A stretch of DNA of 64,000 bases from Hemiscyllium ocellatum (taxonomy: Eukaryota): the NCBI RefSeq assembly GCF_020745735.1, contig NC_083434.1:35399966-35463965 (forward strand), written 5' to 3'. The notes under the pieces are model-generated. The model searched no databases. It worked only from the letters and a program-made list of their open reading frames with translations, and had not been told where the DNA came from. Of the stretch, positions 60,399 to 64,000 are shown in pieces. Position numbers and translations under genes: made by a program. The first letter of the stretch is position 1; every line of letters begins with the position of its first letter.

Positions 60399-61530
60399 TC
60401 CCTTGGTTTAATACATTATATAGACTCAAAAATACTCCTATAGGAAACTAAAAGTATGCTTTCAAATGAAAAAAAAACAGAAAAAACACCTGCAAGAATT
60501 TATCTTATCATAAAGTAAACAATTGCACCAGATATTGAAGGTTTCTTTGTGCAATAAATTTCAGAACAGTTCTGATAGTACTTTATAGTTGTCTCAAATA
60601 AAATTCTACCATCTGGCAATTTTTAAAATGTGTTTGTGCACATTTCGTTGATTATTGCAAGATAGAACTTGAGTAATTTATTATGGAATAACTTCATTTT
60701 CTTCAGTTCTTCAAAATATTCAGAGTGAGAAATGTACCTCAAATTATTTCAATTCATAATACTTCAACAAAGCAAAATGTGCTTATTAAAATCCTTTTCG
60801 TGCAAAACTACTACCGAAATTCTTTCTGTGCTGAAGAATCCCAAGAAAGTTTACATTTCAAAAAATCGTATTATTCCACAGTTTAAGAAATATTTTAATA
60901 TTCCTAATCAGAAGTAGTTAATAATGATTTGGACAGGAGCATTTTTGCCTGTAGAGGGTTTTAGGTCAATAGACCTGACTTCCTGATTTTTATATTGGAA
61001 AGTAATTTCCCTTGACATTCATTGTTAGTAAAGTTTATTAATCTAAGACAACAGTGGCCAGAGGGTGTAATCTCAGAATTATTAATTTTAGGAAATGATA
61101 TGACTTCATATCCCCCTCTTGGTATCAAGATGTTTTAATCACAGATAGTTAGGTTCAGTGGTAGCTGAATACATTATTAGATGGCAGATATTTCAGCTGG
61201 CTGCTTACAGTAGATCCTTGCCAAACTGACAATTATGATATCCCAGCCAGAGGGCAATTAAGCCTCATTTAACTGCACTATGAGGCTGAGAGTTCCCCCT
61301 GTGACTTGGTGCTGGGTCAAAATTGTAAGGAATCTGTAATTACCTATGACTACAGCTTTAGTTCTAGACATCAGGAGCTGTACATGTAAAAGAGTTAAGC
61401 TTGAACGAATGCAACATCTAAATAATCTGCAGTTCCTTTTTTACTGTCAAAGTATATGCTAAGATTACAAATTCTCAGGCTACCTGCATATTGTGCAACT
61501 GTAAATATAGAACACAAACCATGTGAGATA

Positions 61531-62775
61531 TCATAGAGTCATAGAGATGTACAGCATGGAAACAGACCCTTCAGTCCAACCCATCCATGCCAACCGGATA
61601 TCCCAACCCAATCTTGTCCCACCTACTAGCACTCGGCCCATATCTCTCCAAATCCTTCCTATTCATATCCCCGTCCAAATGCCTTTTAAATGTTGCAATT
61701 GTACCAGCCTCCACCACTTCCTTTGGCAGCTCATTCCATACACATACCACCCTCTGCATGAAAAAGTTGCTGCTTAGGTGTCTTTTATATCTTTTCCCTC
61801 TCACCCTAAACCTATGCCCTCTAGTTCTGGACTTCCCCACCCCAGGCAAAATACTTTGTTGATTTATCCTATCCATGCCCATCATGATTTTGCAAATCTC
61901 TATAAGGTCATCCCTCAGCCTCCGACGCTCCAGGGAAAAAAGCCCCAGCCTGTTCAGCCTCTCGCTATAGCTCAAATCCTCCAAACCTGACAACATCCTT
62001 GTAAATCTTTTCTGAACCCTTGCAAGTTTCACAACATCTTTCCGATTGGACGGAGACCAGAATAGCATGCAATTTTTCAACAGTGGCCAAACCAATCTCA
62101 TGTACAGCTGCAACATGACCTCCCAACTCCTGTGCTCAATCCTCAATAAAGAAAAGCATACCAAACGCTTTCTTTAGTATCCTATATACCTGCGACTCCA
62201 CTTTCAAGGAACTATGAACCTGCACTCCAAGGTCTCTTTGTTTTGCAACACTCCCAAGGACCTTACCATTAAGTGTATAAGTTCTGCTAAAATTTGCTTT
62301 CCCAAAATGCAGCATCTCACGTTTATCTGAATTAAACTCCATCTGCCACTTCTCAGCCCACTGGCCCATTTGATCAAGATCCCATTGTAATCTGAGGTAA
62401 CCTTCTTTGCTGTACTCTACACCTCCAATTCTGGTGTCATCTGCAAACTTACAAACTATACCTCTTATGCTTACATCCAAATCATTTATATAAATGACAA
62501 AAAGAAGTGGACCCAGCACCAATCCTTATGGCACTCCACTGGTCACAGACCTCCAGTCTGAAAAACAACCCTCCACCACCACTCTTTGTCTTCTATCTTT
62601 GAGCCAGTTCTGTATCCAAATAGCTAGTGAAATCTAACCTTGCTAACCAGTCTCCCTTGGGGAAGCTTGTCAAAAGCCTTATTGAAGTCCATATAGATCA
62701 CATGTACTGCTCTACCCTCATCCATCCTCTTTGTTACTTCTTAAAAAACCTCAGTCAAGTTTGAGACATGATATC
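61531..62775 (-). mobile_element. CR1 (HER1-like) LINE, RT to 3' end
   Basis: ORF 62136-62522 (VLGPLLFVIYINDLD..KFADDTRIGG) and ORF 61571-62164; (GACTCTAT)n tail. Confidence 0.93.
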
Positions 62776-63780
62776 CCAAACAGGTTCCTCCAAGATCAGT
62801 TGTAAATTTCACTGTTTATTAGTTTTCCCAGACGCACTCCAATGTCCAGCGATACATAAATTCAAACAGCAAAGGCAGTAACTGTGCAGGTTCACTGCTC
62901 TGTCAGTTTCTTTCTCTCTCCTGCAGTGACCTCACCATGTGCTTCCTTTGTCTGTTCCTCTTCCTTTTAAAACTGCTGTTGTTTTGACTTTTTTTCCTCC
63001 AAAGTTTCAAAACAATGCAACAGCATATAAAACAGTAATTGCTGCTCTTGGAATTTGAGGAAATTACCTCTAACATCTAAAATACCTCAAAAAAGGAGCA
63101 GCTGTTAGTACCAGAAGTTTTTCCCATCTTCCATCTTGGATTACCCAGAATCCTCTAAGTTACTTTTAATAGCTTCATTTTGTATTAACAAACAGTATGA
63201 TTTTGATGGAGACTAACAACATGGTTTGTTTAAGAATCTAAAAACCCTGCTCTTTACTCGGGTTCACAGCTTAAACCAAAATAATTTTACTCCACAAAAA
63301 TTGAAGAACATGGATATCAATGACTATACCTTTGACTTTAAAATATCAGTTATCCATCAGTGCATATAGAGGCCATTTGGCCCCTCAAATCTGCACTGAC
63401 CTTACGACGAGCATCCCATCCCATTTGACTTTAGCCCCCAAAGAAAATTAAGCCAAATACTTATCATATATTGGAAAGTTTAACCACTTGATCGGAGTAC
63501 TATTTCAAAAGCTTTAATATCTAAGTGGAATGTATTGAATCTTTCTGCTTACTTACAGTAAAGTTCTCTCTTCAAATCTCCTTTTAACTGCATATGATTG
63601 TAAACTCATATTCAACACATGTGTTGCTAGCATCTTAAATGTAGCTTCAGAACTCTCCTGGTACTAACATTCTTAAACTCTGAAGTCTTGAATCTAAGAC
63701 CTCCCCTTTTTTTCTCAGATTGGTGATACCAGAAGTCAGACTCAGACTTTGTAAGTGATTGTTTACAAGAAATCATTACA

Positions 63781-64000
63781 AGGACAGCACAATGGTTCAG
63801 TGGTTAGCACTGCAGCCTCACAGCACCAGGGATCCGGGTTCACTTCCAGCTTCGGGTGACTGTGGAGTTTGTCTGTGGGAGTTTGCATATTCACCCCAGG
63901 TGCTTTAGTTTCCTCCCACAATCCAAAGATGTGCAGGTCAGGTGGATTGCTGTGCTAAATTATCCATAGAGTTAGGTGCATTAGTCAGAGGGAGATGGGT
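63781..64000 (+). mobile_element. HE1/V-SINE-type SINE cut by the window edge
   Basis: CAGTGGTTAGCACTGCAGCCTCACAGCACCAGGGATCCGGGTTC..TGGAGTTTG..CCAAAGATGTGCAGGTCAGG. Confidence 0.88.

Overview
Eukaryotic genomic DNA, almost certainly from a cartilaginous fish (shark). Evidence: HE1/V-SINE-type and DeuSINE/SacSINE1-type SINEs plus abundant CR1 LINEs. I found only one host coding exon: a 132-bp phase-1/phase-1 internal exon of FARS2 (mitochondrial phenylalanyl-tRNA synthetase) at 35949-36080 (+), which the ORF track misses. The rest is intron (more than 35.9 kb upstream, more than 27.9 kb downstream) filled with decayed and often nested transposons: a Gypsy 5' end (1-1243), a Ty1/copia relic (~2957-7010), a Gmr1-like Gypsy with INT-RT-RH order (~16930-22310), Poseidon- and Neptune-like Penelope elements, CR1/L2 LINEs, tRNA-derived SINEs, pogo/Tigger-like non-autonomous elements and Harbinger Myb/SANT relics. 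The most notable signal is a dispersed set of more than a dozen short Penelope-derived insertions. Most carry minimal hammerhead-ribozyme motifs (CUGANGA-stem II-GAAA) and many are fold-back hairpins. They show repeated 14-15-bp target-site duplications and a common inversion breakpoint ~32-40 nt inside the 3' end. All calls were made by eye without database searches, and repeat boundaries are approximate unless a TSD is quoted.
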